Shown here: positions 38,071 to 50,959 of the stretch, piece by piece
Position numbering within the stretch: position 1 is the first letter of the stretch
Layout of the letters: every line of letters starts with the position of its first letter
NCBI RefSeq assembly: GCF_028641065.1
Contig: NC_073398.1
Location: 27,094,001 to 27,158,000, forward strand
DNA length: 64,000 nt
Reading direction: 5' to 3'
Source: Leucoraja erinacea
Taxonomy: Eukaryota
Program-made: the position numbers and the translations under genes
The notes under the pieces: generated by a model
The model's input: the letters and a program-made list of their open reading frames with translations, nothing else
Database searches by the model: none
What the model was told of the DNA's origin: nothing

Positions 38071-38298
38071 TTTTTTTTTTTAAATAATATTTTTATTAGA
38101 AGTAGACATATTATAAAGTATAGTTCATATTATAGTAAAAAAAACTTTTCATATACATCAGTCATACATTATTAAAAATTTCAATTGACGATTACTGCTA
38201 CTTCTAGTGATTTTTTTAATATAGAGAAAGAGAGAATAAGGAGTTACAAATATCAAAAAAACAAAAAAGGTGGAATGGATTACTTATAATACGTCATT
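38071..38298 (-). mobile_element. 5'-truncated poly(A)-tailed retroposon (L1-like 3' UTR) with long TSD
   Basis: Minus-strand AATAAA followed by an A tail; TSD agatgtatgtaatttttt at 38053-38070 and 38299-38316. Confidence 0.7.
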
Positions 38299-38637
38299 AG
38301 ATGTATGTAATTTTTTAGCTAACTCACCTCTTTCATCTACTTGAATTCTGTCGCTTCTTTCAAAACCTTTCTAATTCTGAACAACTTTCGTAAATTCCCA
38401 TCTCCAATCTCTGTCTTGGGGAAATCTGCCAGCTCCACGAAACGTTGTGATGTTATTGCGCTCAGAATTCCACGTGCAGCTCAACCTTAAAATGACAACT
38501 AAACCGAGGTTGATACATCAATCTGATGAAGACTTGGGCTCATCAGATGATCTGCATTATGGATTATATTGCAACTATGTCACAGGAAAAGGTAATTTGG
38601 CCCAATTTGTCCATGATCAGAATACAATGCGTTTCAG

Positions 38638-38801
38638 ATCAGTGGTGGAGGAAGAGGAGGAAAACGTCACGGCATCAGATGACGAAATGGGAAGTTCAGA
38701 AGCTGAGACTAAAGATGATGACGATAACAATGATGATGATGATGATGATGATGCGTCCATTGATGAAAACTCAGAGGATAGCGACTTGGAGGAGGAAGAT
38801 G
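38638..38801 (+). CDS. RBM28: RBM28 exon 8 (acidic tract)
   Basis: SVVEEEEEN...DDDDNNDDDDDDDASIDENSEDSDLEEED; tttcAG/GTacgt. Confidence 0.85.
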
Positions 38802-39017
38802 GTACGTTATCTCTTTAAGATATATTTGAAAATTGGTGAAATTTGGGACCTTGGCAGGGGAAGAACTTTGTGTAGAATTTGCACTCTTTAGTTTAGAGAT
38901 ACAGCACCAAAACAGGCCCTTCGGCCCACCGAGTCTGCGTCGACCAGCGATCCCCGCATACTGACACTATCCTCTTAAGAGGTGGGTTGTTTTTATATTT
39001 CTGTCTTTTTCCTTCAG

Positions 39018-39099
39018 ATGAAAAGCCTGTGAAGAAAAAGAAGTTGAGCAAGGCCAGTCTTTCAGTGGATGTCCATGAAGGACGGACGATCTTCATCAG
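39018..39099 (+). CDS. RBM28: RBM28 exon 9
   Basis: EKPVKKKKLSKASLSVDVHEGRTIFIR. Confidence 0.9.
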
Positions 39100-39557
39100 G
39101 TAGGAATAGAAGCCTATCATGGAAGAGTGGACGAGAAATCCAAAAATAATTTGATGCCTTTGAATTGTAGTCTTCAATGCAGCAAAACTAGTGGTGAAAC
39201 ACTCAACATAGCTCATAGAGAAAATAATCTGGTGACTTTAAAAGAGGATTTGTACATTTACCGTTGCCCTCCAGATCAGTAATATTTGTGCACCCAAACC
39301 TCTGGAAAAGTTTGGAGGAATATATATAAAAGCTGAGGCATGGGTGATCAGTCAAAGTCAGGGGCTTTGGACTTCTTTTTCCCTAACTGGTCCAAAAATC
39401 ATCACTGATAGATCATTTTGTGTCCAGCTATGTTCTTAACATGGATCACCCTCTGGTTTTAATTCATTCTGTGCTGTTTGATGAGTGTAACCCTTTGGTT
39501 CCAGCTGGTTTCTCTTGATTTATATCATAGTTTACCACTTTTCTATTTTTCCTGCAG

Positions 39558-39667
39558 GAATCTGTCTTTTGACACCGAGGAAGATTCACTGGGAGAGCTA
39601 TTGGAGCAGTTTGGAGATCTGAAATATGTTCGTATTGTCATGCATCATGACACAGAGCACTCCAAGG
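39558..39667 (+). CDS. RBM28: RBM28 exon 10
   Basis: [37 protein letters not shown]. Confidence 0.94.
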
Positions 39668-40539
39668 GTGAGGCAAGAGACATAGAACGCTGCTTGGCAA
39701 TAAAATCAGTGCTCAATTGCTGATATTAATGACAAATGCACAATCCATTGTACAGGTCCTCCCCAGGTTATGAATGCCTGACATACGTACAGCCCATACA
39801 TACGAGCATTTAGGAGAGTGGCGGAATGGCTTTGCTTGCTGCAGCGGGTCTGCTGGCATCTTCTGCCGTGTTTGTGGCAATATCTGGTTAAATATCTGAA
39901 CATAGTGCCTTCAGATGGCTTATGTTTTATTTAAATATATTGCTGGGCGGCTGCATTTACACTCGTGAACTTGTTTGGGGTTATGGACAGTTCTCCGGAC
40001 TGGTTTCCTGTCATAATCTGGGAGGACTTTATTTAACATAGGTGGAGAGCGGAAAGGTCTAAGAAGTGCTGAGGGTGATGAGTAGTAATTTAGTTAGGTT
40101 TAATTTAGAGTTACAGCATGGAACCAAGTCATTCCGCTCACCGAGTTCTTGTTGACTAACAATCACCCGTTCACACAAGATCTATGTTATCCCAGTTTCT
40201 CATTTACTACCGACACACTAGGGGCAATTTACAGAGGTCAATTATCCTACAAACCCACATGACTGGAATGTGGGAGGAGACCAGAGCACCCGAGTAAACC
40301 CACGCAGTCACAGAGAGTTGAAATGAGAGCATTTTAGACCAGCAAAAAACTGACAAAGAAAAGAATATGGAATATAGAAACAGATGAGAAACCTAAAAAC
40401 AGAGTGGGAGGGCTCGGGAGTTGGTATTAAGTCGATGGACTGAAGTGGCCACCTCTGTAAAGAAATATGGAAGAGCAAAGTTTATTTAGCTTGTTTTATC
40501 TTTTCTTTCTTACAAGCACTTGATTTCCACTTGTTGCAG

Positions 40540-40613
40540 GTTGTGCATTTGCCCAGTTTGTGGCAAAAGAATCAGCACAGAAGTGTGTGGAGGCAGCAGA
40601 CAACCAGTGTGAG
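40540..40613 (+). CDS. RBM28: RBM28 exon 11
   Basis: GCAFAQFVAKESAQKCVEAADNQCE. Confidence 0.92.
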
Positions 40614-41531
40614 GTGAGGAACTGGTGTGTTACCTGAACTGGTGTGGCTCTCTCCAAAACGCTTGCCTGGTAACCATCATTATGCCATCTCCAATACTCT
40701 TCTTCCTGGGAGCTTGAGGATTGCTATACCTCTCTTATTCTTCCCTTCCTCTATCCTTTAATAGTCTTTAAAATAAGAATCCATAGTCATTTGATTCCAC
40801 ACATTGAATTAATGGGATTTGTTTTCATTCATTGGTGATATGCTGCACTGTAAGCTGCAGTTATGCTTCAGTTTCCATAGGCCAGGAGGAAGAAAGTCCA
40901 TTGATAACGGAGCAACAAGCACATTTCACTCAAACATGATGATTCTATGCTGAAAGGACAGGGCTGCTGAGTGGGGGATGTACTTGTGGGACATTGTGCA
41001 CAAGGTTTTTTTACTTAGTTTTTTAGTCAAGAGCGTCATAGGCAAGGTCAACATTCATTGGCTCCCCTTCATTATGCCTGAATAAAGTGGTTATGCCATT
41101 TCAAATAATATTATTTTGTATTGTCCATATTGCTGTGTGTCTGGAATCGCATATGGTCCAGTTTGCAAAGATGGCATATTTCCTTCTCTGAAAGACTTTG
41201 ATGAATTAGATGAATTTTTAAGGTTTTGTGATCATCATGAGTTTTGGTTTTAATTCAGTTTATTAACCTCAATTTCCATAGTGGGATTTGAAGTGGGCAC
41301 TATGGATTGTTAGCCCAGGCCTCTAGGTTACAATCCCACATCTTAACCATGGCACCAATAAAGTAGTTTAAGGTATATGACTATGGAGTATGACATGTTG
41401 ATTACCACTTTTTTCCCCAGTATGGAAATAATATACCACTAGTAGCCTGTAACTCATCATCTCCTCAACTCCAAAATACTTCCTGCACCAACTCCATCTC
41501 AGTTCGACCTCCTTCAGAGTCATGGTAATCT

Positions 41532-42676
41532 ATTAAAGCACAAGGCATTGGGGGTTCAGTATTGATGTGGATAGAGAACTGGCTGGCAAACAGGAAGCAA
41601 AGAGTAGGAGTAAACGTGTCCTTTTCACAATGGCAGACAGTGACTAGTGGGGTACCGCAAGGCTCAGTGCTGGGACCCCAGCTATTTACAATATATATTA
41701 ATGATCTGGATGAGGGAATTGAAGGCAATATCTCCAAGTTTGCGGATGACACTAAGCTGGGGGGGGCAGTGTTAGCTGTGAGGAGGATGCTAGGAGACTG
41801 CAAGGTGACTTGGATAGGCTGGGTGAGTGGGCAAATGTTTGGCAGATGCAGTATAATGTGGATAAATGTGAGGTTATCCATTTTGGTGGCAAAAACGGGA
41901 AAGCAGACTATTATCTAAATGGTGGCTGATTGGGAAAGGGGGAGATGCAGCGAGACCTGGGTGTCATGGTACACCAGTCATTGAAGGTAGGCATGCAGGT
42001 GCAGCAGGCAGTGAAGAAAGCGAATGATATGTTAGCTTTCATTGCAAAAGGATTTGAGTATAGGAGCAGGGAGGTTCTACTGCAGTTGTACAGGGTCTTG
42101 GTGAGACCACACCTGGAGTATTGCGTACAGTTTTGGTCTCCAAATCTGAGGAAGGACATTATTGCCATAGAGGGAGTGCAGAGACGGTTCACCAGACTGA
42201 TTCCTGGGATGTCAGGACTGTCTTATGAAGAAAGACTGGATAGACTTGGTTTATACTCTCTAGAATTTAGAAGATTGAGAGGGGATCTTATAGAAACTTA
42301 CAAAATTCTTAAGGGGTTGGACAGGCTAGATGCAGGAAGATTGTTCCCGATGTTAGGGAAGTCCAGGACAAGGGTCACAGCTTAAGAATAAAGGGGAAAT
42401 CCTTTAAAACCGAGATGAGAAGAACTTTTTTCACACAGAGAGTGGTGAATCTCTGGAACTCTCTGCCACAGAGGGTAGTTGAGGCCAGTTCATTGGCTAT
42501 ATTTAAGAGGGAGTTAGATGTGGCCCTTGTGGCTAAGTGGATCAGGGGGTATGGAGAGAAGGCAGGTACGGGATACTGAGTTGGATGATCAGCCATGATC
42601 ATATTGAATGGCGGTGCAGGCTCGAAGGGCCGAATGGCCTACTCCTGCACCTAATTTCTATGTTTCTATGTTTCTA
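41532..42676 (+). mobile_element. CR1/HER1-like LINE, 1.1-kb RT fragment with frameshifts
   Basis: [13 protein letters not shown]...[22 protein letters not shown]...SKFADDTKL; YRVLVRPHLEYCVQFWSP; 3' tail. Confidence 0.93.
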
Positions 42677-43033
42677 TTACAGTACTCTTGTTCTACTAAT
42701 GTTGTACTTCAATGAAACGGGGTCAAAATCATCATCTGTAATTTGATGACCTTGTCTCACACCACCTGATTCACAATTTCAGCTGTTATGTGGCCATCCA
42801 TTCTTCATTGGTGGAAGAACAACTTTATCCTCCTAATACAGGATTGCTTTGTAGGCTTGTTACCATTCTCCTGTCCCTGCTCAGAACCCTTGCTTTGCTT
42901 ATTTCTTTAACTAGGTCATGGGATTCTCTGGAATTACGTTGGTTGTTTACTGATGTGTGACCCAGGCCACTTTTACCTTTCTTTGAGTATGTTCATGGGC
43001 ATCTGACGTAAACTGGATATTTTTGGTTTTCAG

Positions 43034-43169
43034 ACTGGAGGTCTCAAGCTGGATGGGAGGAAGCTCAACGTGACCATTGCAGTCAGTCGTGATGAGGCCA
43101 AGAAACTGCGGCAAACAAAGTCGGACAAGCCAACTGGAACACGCAACATGTACCTGGCACGAGAGGGCT
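43034..43169 (+). CDS. RBM28: RBM28 exon 12
   Basis: [25 protein letters not shown]...[13 protein letters not shown]. Confidence 0.94.
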
Positions 43170-43554
43170 GTAAGTATCCTGAGTAGCAGTTGATCAGCAG
43201 GGTTTCACTGCATAATCCCTAAAAGATCAACTGTAGCTAAGGTGTGATGGAGTCATAGAGTGATACAGCGTGGAAACAGGCCCTTCTTGTCCACACCGGC
43301 CAATATGTCCCAGCTGCACTAGTCCCACCTGCCCGCTTTTAGTCCATATCCCTCCAATTCTGTCCTATCCATGTACCTGTCTCTAACTGTTTCATAAATA
43401 TTCAGATAGTCCCTGCCTTAACTACCTCCTCTAGCAGCTTGTTCCATACATCCACCAGCCGTTGTTACCCCTCAGATTCCTATGAACTCTTTTCCCCTTC
43501 GCTTTAAACCAATGACCTCTGGTCCTCCATTCACCTACTCCGGGCAAGAGACTC

Positions 43555-44360
43555 TACAATACAATACCGTTTATTAACATTTGAACCTCAAATGAAGTTC
43601 TTTGGTTTCTGCAGTCATACAACAAGAAAAGAACCAAGACACACACCAACACAATTTACACAAACATCCACGACAGTGAATCTCCTCCTCACTGTGATGG
43701 AAGGCAAAGTCTTGTCTCTCCCCTGCTCTCCACTTCTTCTCCAGATGTCAAAGCCCCCGGCGAGCGATGGTAAATCCCGCGGTCATTAAGGCCGCACCAG
43801 GCAATGTAAGGCTCTGCCCAGGTCTTGATGTTGCAGGCGCTAGCAAGTCCCGTGGCCGTTAAGGCCGCGCCGGGCGATGTAAGGCCCCGCTCCGGGTCGC
43901 CTTCAACCCCGCAATTCGAGCAGGAGAAGATGCCGTTGCGGGAGCTCCGAAAAGCGGTCTTCCACTAATGGACCGCAAGCTCCCGATGTCACCGTTTACC
44001 GGGCTTGCGGCCGGAGCCTCCGAAGCTCCGGAGTCGGGCCGCAGCAGCTCGCCACCACAGCTCTCCACGCAAGCCGGCCAGCTCCACGATGGTGAGTCCG
44101 CAGGCTCCGCGACTGGAGCCCGCAGGGCGTTCCGGTTGGAGGCCGCTCCACGGTGCTAAGCCCCAACAACAACGGAGACACGACAGGGAAAAGGTCGGGT
44201 CTCCGGTGCAGGGAAGAGATTTAAAAGGTTCCCTTGCCCCCCACACATACACAGTTAAAAACAATAAAAAAAACACTACAGACTATACACTCAACGGGAC
44301 AAAAACTTAAAAAAAGACAGACGGACTGCAGAGGCCGCTGCATCATCGACCGCGCCACCT
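43555..44360 (-). mobile_element. GC-rich non-autonomous retroposon nested in a CR1-type element (43253-43554 and 44361-44650)
   Basis: Minus-strand 3' end AATAAA plus (gtatt)n; shares gactttgccttccatcacagtgag with 57117-57674; the host element resumes on both sides. Confidence 0.65.
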
Positions 44361-45049
44361 GACTATCTGCATCTATCCGCTCTATTCCTCTCATGATTTT
44401 ATACACCTCAATAAGATCACCCCTCATCCTCCTATGCTCCAAGGAATAGAGTCCCAGCCTACACAGCCTCTCCTTATAGCTCAGACCCTCTAACCCTGGC
44501 AACATCATCATAATTCTTATCTGTACCCTTTCCAGCTTGACAACATCTTTCCTATAACACGGTGCCCAGAACCCGAACACAATACTCTAAATGCAGCCTC
44601 ACCAACATCTTATACAATTGCAACATGACCTCTCAACTTCTATACTCAGATCATCAGATGTCGGCCATATTTCAATGAGCATCATTCTCGCCTCTGAAAT
44701 GCAAGGTTGTGGAGGCTCAAAACCATCACCGGAGAACTGAGAGCCCCTCTGATCCATACTATGATGGATAAAGAGGTGCAATTGCCCAGACCAATATTTA
44801 TTTATTAAACGGGTATCATTGGATATCTAGCTTTTGTCATGTTGATGTTTGGGAAACTTTGGTGGGTGCAAATGGACTACTAAATTTCTCAAATAGCAAC
44901 GGTGACTGTTTAAACGAATCTTAGTTTTTTGTAGAATATATTTTCACGTTGTAATGTTTAAAAGGTGAAAAATAATTTTGTCCATTCAGAGCAAAAATCT
45001 CCTGATACTGGTAGGAGAAAAAAAGTCATGTTTTCTTTTTCTTTATCAG

Positions 45050-45114
45050 TAATTCGAGCTGGAATGAAATCTGCTGAGGGTATGAGTACTTCAGACATGA
45101 CCAAGAGGATGCGG
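45050..45114 (+). CDS. RBM28: RBM28 exon 13
   Basis: LIRAGMKSAEGMSTSDMTKRMR. Confidence 0.92.
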
Positions 45115-45572
45115 GTGAGCTATTTGATCATCCCTCGTTACAAATACAATTACTGTACCCTATTCTCATCCACTTGTTTCTGGAGGTTGAGAGAATGCTT
45201 TCAAGCAGGATTCTTAGCTGGGAAAGATATTTACAGAATGTCAAGTGTCCCATTATATTGGGGACCATCTTCTCAATGGGTAGAGCATTGCTAGTGGGTA
45301 TATTTATAAGATACAAATTGAACAACCAAGTCTGTGTTTACTGGTTTCATGCTGAGAATGTGCATAGCAGGCTGGGAGTGCATGAGGGAGGGAAACATCA
45401 GCTAATTCAGGTGGGAGCAATGTAAGGTACGTGTTGTAGCTCCAGTACCCCTCAGTCCTGCAGTTCTTTCCTGACCATTCCTCCTTGATGTCCTCCACGA
45501 ATAACCATCTTTGTCCAGTGAAACAGGTACAAATTTATTGCAAGACTGACCCCACACTTGTTTTGTGTTTAG

Positions 45573-45728
45573 TTTGAGGAGCTTAAGCGGCACAAGTTGA
45601 AGGATGTGAATATTTTTGTCTCGCCAACAAGGCTGTGTGTCCACAATGTTCCAAAGTCAGTGACCGACCAACAGCTTCGGAAACTTTGTTTACAAGCCGC
45701 TGGGACAAAGGAAGCTCGGATAAAGGAG
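45573..45728 (+). CDS. RBM28: RBM28 exon 14
   Basis: [38 protein letters not shown]...RIKE. Confidence 0.94.
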
Positions 45729-46525
45729 GTAAGAGCTAGTGACAATGACATTGTAGTGATATTGGGGGAGGAATGCACAGACACGTTTATGGAAGAGGAA
45801 AGAAAACAAAGGGATACCTGACTTTTCTTGATTAGTACAGGTGCCAGAAGTGTATTGGGGAGAAGGCAGGAGAATGGCATTAGGAGGGGGAGATAGATCA
45901 GCCACGATTGAATGGTGGAGTAGATTTGATGGGCTGAATGGCCTAATTCTGCTCCTATCACTTATGATCATATGACCTGACTGTAAATCCACCTCCTGTA
46001 GTTTGCAGTAGTAATGCTTGAGAGAATGAGCCCAGCTGGGGCAGCAGTCAGGTAGAATATTTGAATCATTTTATTAACAGTGTTGATAAAGTACTTTATC
46101 ATATGATCATAAGTGATATGTTTTTGAAATATTAAACATTAAACATCCGACCTCTAGTACTGGATTCCTGTACCTTGCGAAGGACACTGACCATTTACCT
46201 TATGTATGTCCCTCATGATGTTGAATGCCTGCCTTAATAAGGTAATTCCTCAGCCTTCTACAACCCAGGGAAAAAAACATTCCAGTCTATCCATTTTAAC
46301 TCGAGTCTTCAAATCTTCATATGGTCCTGGTTAATTTTTGCTGCATCATTTCTAGCTTAATGGCATCTTTCCTATGGCTGGGTGACCAGAACTGCACACA
46401 GTAATCCAAATGTCTTGTACGGCTGTAACATGATGTCCCAACTCCTGCACCCAGTGCCTATATTGATGAAGACGAGTGTTGCAAATATCTTCTCACCAGA
46501 GTTAATACATATCTCAAATAGTTAA

Positions 46526-46718
46526 AAATGAGCTGCTGGAGGAATTCAGCAGGTCAGCCAGCATCTGTGGAGGGACTGTCGATATATCGGGTCAAGACTC
46601 TTCATCTGGGCTGAAAGGTCCATTTCTCTCCACCGATCCTGCCTGACTTGCTGAGTTCCTTCAGCAGCTCTTTTTTTGCTCCAGATACCAGCATTTGCAT
46701 CCTCTTGTGTCTCAAATG
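46526..46718. mobile_element. Degenerate palindromic hairpin element with 10-bp TSD
   Basis: Inverted arms; aaatagttaa at 46516-46525 and 46719-46728. Confidence 0.65.
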
Positions 46719-47212
46719 AAATAGTTAATGTTTCATGCAGTAATTAGGCAGTATCATGGTTTGGGCTGTTTGGTGGCAGATACATTTGTGTTGGGCAGAT
46801 GTGACACAATGACCATCACCAGCAGGAGGGAGACTCGATTTCTCTACTGGGCACGCAATGGCACTGCTGTCAATACATTATACGGATCACCAATGATGAG
46901 AAACGTGGCTGACCTGGGCTTTTGTTCAATGTGGCAGCTAAGTCGAATTACTGGCCACTTCAATACTTTGTGGTTCGTAATCACATTTCAGTTGACAACT
47001 AGGAATGGACGCTAGGTGTGGTATTGCCTGTGAGGATGACATCCTGTGTGTGAATAGTAGTAAGAAAATCATGAAAGGAACAATGTCAATTTAGTTTTTG
47101 AATCAAATGTTGATTGCTTTATTTGTGAAGTTTAGGGTGACAACTGTAATTTAATATAAGACCGTTAGCATATAATGCCCTTGTTTCACATGTGTTCTCC
47201 ATTTTCCACTAG

Positions 47213-47362
47213 TGTCGGATAATGCGGGACCTGCAGACGGCAAAAACAAAAAAGGATGGGCGGTCCCTGGGCTACGGATTTGTAGATTTTACGGAGCACA
47301 GCCACTCCCTGGCCACTCTGCGCCACCTGAACAACAACCCAGAACCCTTTGGTCCAGAGAAA
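47213..47362 (+). CDS. RBM28: RBM28 exon 15
   Basis: CRIMRDLQ...SLGYGFVDFTEHSHSLATLRHLNNNPEPFGPEK. Confidence 0.94.
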
Positions 47363-47452
47363 GTGAGTGAAGCCAAGTTAGGTGGGACTGTTCCGATTGG
47401 GATTGCTGAGATGTTTGGGGTTTGAGGTGGCATTGGCTTTCGTTGGCTCCAG

Positions 47453-47668
47453 GGTAGACATAAAATGCTGGAGTAATTCAGCGGGACAGGCAGCATCTCT
47501 GGAGAGAAGGAATGGGAGACGTTTCGGGACAGACTGAAGTCTGAAGAAGGGTCTCGACCCGATATGTCACCCATTCCTTCTCTCGAGATGCTGCCTGCCC
47601 CACTGAGTTACTCCAACATTTTGTGTCTACCTTCAATTTAAATCAGCATCTGCAGTTCTTTCCTATAT
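47453..47668. mobile_element. Palindromic hairpin element
   Basis: Inverted arms around ctgaagaagggtctcgacccgatatgtc. Confidence 0.78.
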
Positions 47669-48570
47669 ATTTAGTCCAAGCTCCAGGCTTTGATTTAGGG
47701 CTGCAGTTGGGACATAAAACCTGAAGGCTTTCTGCACTTTGGACTAGGCAGAAACCGTCCACCCCCTGGTCATGTGTTTAGATACAACAGAGAAGGGCAG
47801 GATGCAAGTCTCTACTAATAGTGAAATAGTTTTGGACAAGATTGTTTTTGGCCAAAATCCCAGTTTCTATCAAGCTTACATTAAATAAATATTGCTTTTT
47901 CTCCAATAGTTAGTCCACTACATTCTTCAATATTTCACCTATTCCCCTCAGCAATTAGTGGGGAGACTGGGAATGTTTCCACGCAGTGCCCCCAAATTTA
48001 CATCAACACTCATCCCCATTATGAGAAATGTTTTCTTAAACGATCAAGTAAGAGAAGCAATTCTTTCCTGGGAAAGTGTTTGGATGTTACTGCTCTTAGA
48101 TTCAAAATAGTTGACAGGGGACTCATTTGTAAGAGTAGGAGCTAAGAAAGCTGGGGAGAATCTAGATTGAATATAATTTGAAGAGCTGGTGGGGTGATGT
48201 ACGATGTATTGAATTACCCTTTTTCAGAGCTGTAAGATCATATATGTACCCAATACAGGGGCAGAGGTCCCATCCTTTCACTGTCAGAACTAATCTGAAT
48301 AAGACGGGAATCGGAGACTAAATCTTACACTTCATACTTTTATACTTAAATTTCATACTTTAGATAGCATTCCTTCTATGCCTGTTCTTTGCTGGTTACA
48401 TAGAACGTCTTGTGCATTGTGGAAGAGGGATATCTTAAGGGTTAAAGAGGACCCTGCCTCCATTAACTGACATGAGATACTTCATTGATCAGTGTGCGGT
48501 GCTTTAATGCTGTGTCTCTTTCGAATCTGTAATATGATTCTCTCTGCTTTCCGTTCTTCCTCTGAAACAG

Positions 48571-48645
48571 AGACCAATTGTGGAATTTTCACTGGAGGAT
48601 CGGAGGAAACTGAAGATCAAAGAGATGCGAGCACAAAACAATCTG
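48571..48645 (+). CDS. RBM28: RBM28 exon 16
   Basis: RPIVEFSLEDRRKLKIKEMRAQNNL. Confidence 0.94.
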
Positions 48646-49072
48646 GTAAGGACTCGATCTAGGACATGATTTAGCTGAGTTATGCGGCACCAGTAGGGTT
48701 TACATCTGATGTTCCATTTGAGTTTCAATTGATTATTTTTGATATGTCAAAGTATACAGTGGGATATAGATCAGCTATAGTAATGGGCAGGCAAATGGCA
48801 GATGGAATTTAATACAGGCAAGTGTGAGATGTTGTGCTTTGAGTGTTAAAGGAAAATATGCAGTTAATGGCAAGACCCTTAACAGCATTAATGTACAGAA
48901 AAATCTTGGGTCCATGGTCATAGCTCCATCAAAGTGGCAATACAATAAATAGAGTGGTAAAGAAGGCATATGGTATGCTTGCCTTCATTGGTCGGGGAAT
49001 TGAATATTATTGTCAGGAAGTCATGATGCAGCTCTGTAAGACTTTGGGTAGGCTCTATTTGAAGTACTGTGT

Positions 49073-50100
49073 TACAATGTTACAAAATTTTGAGATTTAA
49101 AAAATCAAGTCTGCAATTTATCCCATCAGATAAAGCATAAAAAGAAGTTTAATTTGACACCTAATTCACTTTCATATCTTCAGTATTAAAAAAGGTTTTG
49201 GCCATTTCCATACTCGGAAATTAGCATCTTGTTCCCTATTGATTTTCCATTGACTTAACACAAAAGCTGTGATCAAGAACAGTCAAAAGCCCATAACTTT
49301 ATTAAAAATTAAGAGAACTGAAAGACATTTTCAGTTATTATAGATTGAAGCATTCTGAAACAAATATTAAACAATCTTACTTGGATGACCTGAAATTAAA
49401 GCATATAATTAGTTAGTTACCCAATTGTAGCTAATTCCAAAATTCAATTACTAGATCTAAACATCTATCCATTTCTTAAGAAAAGATTAACATTTTTAAA
49501 TAGCCTAAGTGTCCAAAGAATATTCACACAAGAATTCACAATAAAACATGATTTTTAAATCTCATTGACATTAATTTATAGGCCAAATGGAAGGAATTTA
49601 GTGTTCAATTGCTATTTAAATCAGCTTGCGAGTGGGTTTTTCTGGAACGCGATGGTTTGGAACGTTGCCATTGCGGTGGATTTGAAGCCCATATGCGGCA
49701 TGAAAGATACCGCGGGTTTGAATGGGCCCCCAAGTCACGTACTCGCAACTTAAAAATTTGAATAAAGGGATCTTAAGAAGCATTTTTTAATGTAAAAATA
49801 AACAACCTACCTTGCCTTGTCCGCTACATAAGATCCGTCCCGTTGTCGGGGTTCGCGGCTTTAGAGGATGATTTTTAATCTACTATAACAATTAAATAAC
49901 CCAATTTAGTTTAAAATAGCTGCAGCGAACTAATGTCGCAGCGATTTTTCGTCAGCAACTAGGCAGGCTGAACAACCTCGATTTCAATAGCCTAGAGAAA
50001 ATCGCGTTTTAAACCCGCTTCCCTCTCAAAGGCACCAAAGTCGTGCACACGGGCAGTGACAGAACTGCAGCGCCGCTGAAGATAAGTTTTGCAACATACC
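49073..50100. mobile_element. Unclassified ~1-kb non-autonomous DNA element inserted in a CR1 fragment (48760-49072 and 50101-50185)
   Basis: The CR1 sequence gaagtactgtgt|acagttc is split; duplication tactgtgt; imperfect terminal IR atgttacaaaattt / aagttttgcaacat. Confidence 0.65.
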
Positions 50101-50959
50101 TACTGTGTACAGTTCGGTTTGCCCCATTACAGGAAAGATGTGGAGGCTTTGGAGAGGGGACAGAGAAGGTTTATCAGAATGCTGTCCACACTGTCCGTTG
50201 ATCACCTGTTCACACTACCTCTATGTTATCCCACTTTATCCACTCCTTGCACACTTAGGGCAATTAACCTACAAACCTGAACGTCTTTCATATGTGGGAG
50301 GAAACGGGGCACATGGACGACACCAAAGCGTCACAGGGAAGACGTGTAAACTCCTCACAGACAGCATTGAATCCGGATGTCTGGTGCTGTGAGGCAGCAG
50401 CTGCACCACTGTGCCACTCTTATTAGAGTTTTCTCTCCTGTGTTCTTCTGGTGAAGCCTCTTGTCCTCTGTGACAGTGTTTGGAGGTCCCATATTGGCCA
50501 CCTGATTACCCTGAGAGATGGAGTCACCCTCAAAATGTGACACCATCAAAGCAAACAACTATCTATCTGTAAAACAACTGATTCTGTGGGTTAAGTGATA
50601 GGTTGGTCTGTTTTGGGATGTGAAGTGTGTCAAGATATTCTGAGAAATTGATAAAATTATATATAAATACGAGGTATTTGTTGTGTAACCCCGTAGGCGC
50701 CTAGCACTGGTTAATTTGACAGGAGTTCCTTTTATAACTGGAGATGCTGCCCTCACCACTTCCAACCACAGGAGTGTGCTGTTACACTGCTGTACGTCAA
50801 TTGGCCCCTGCGGAGACGGGAACTGTGAAAGGAAGATAAACATAGAGTATAGCTCAAATCCTGATTAATTTTATTGACTGAAATTTGGATCTTTAAAATA
50901 AATAATTTAGCGGTTCACGGGATTTTTGTAATTGCTGAATGTGTTTTCTTTTTCCACAG

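Noticed and set aside
40936-40970. C-box/D-box-like motifs (ATGATGA...CTGA) in RBM28 introns, also at ~42742
   Set aside because: Spacing far too short and no terminal stem; no intronic snoRNA can be supported.
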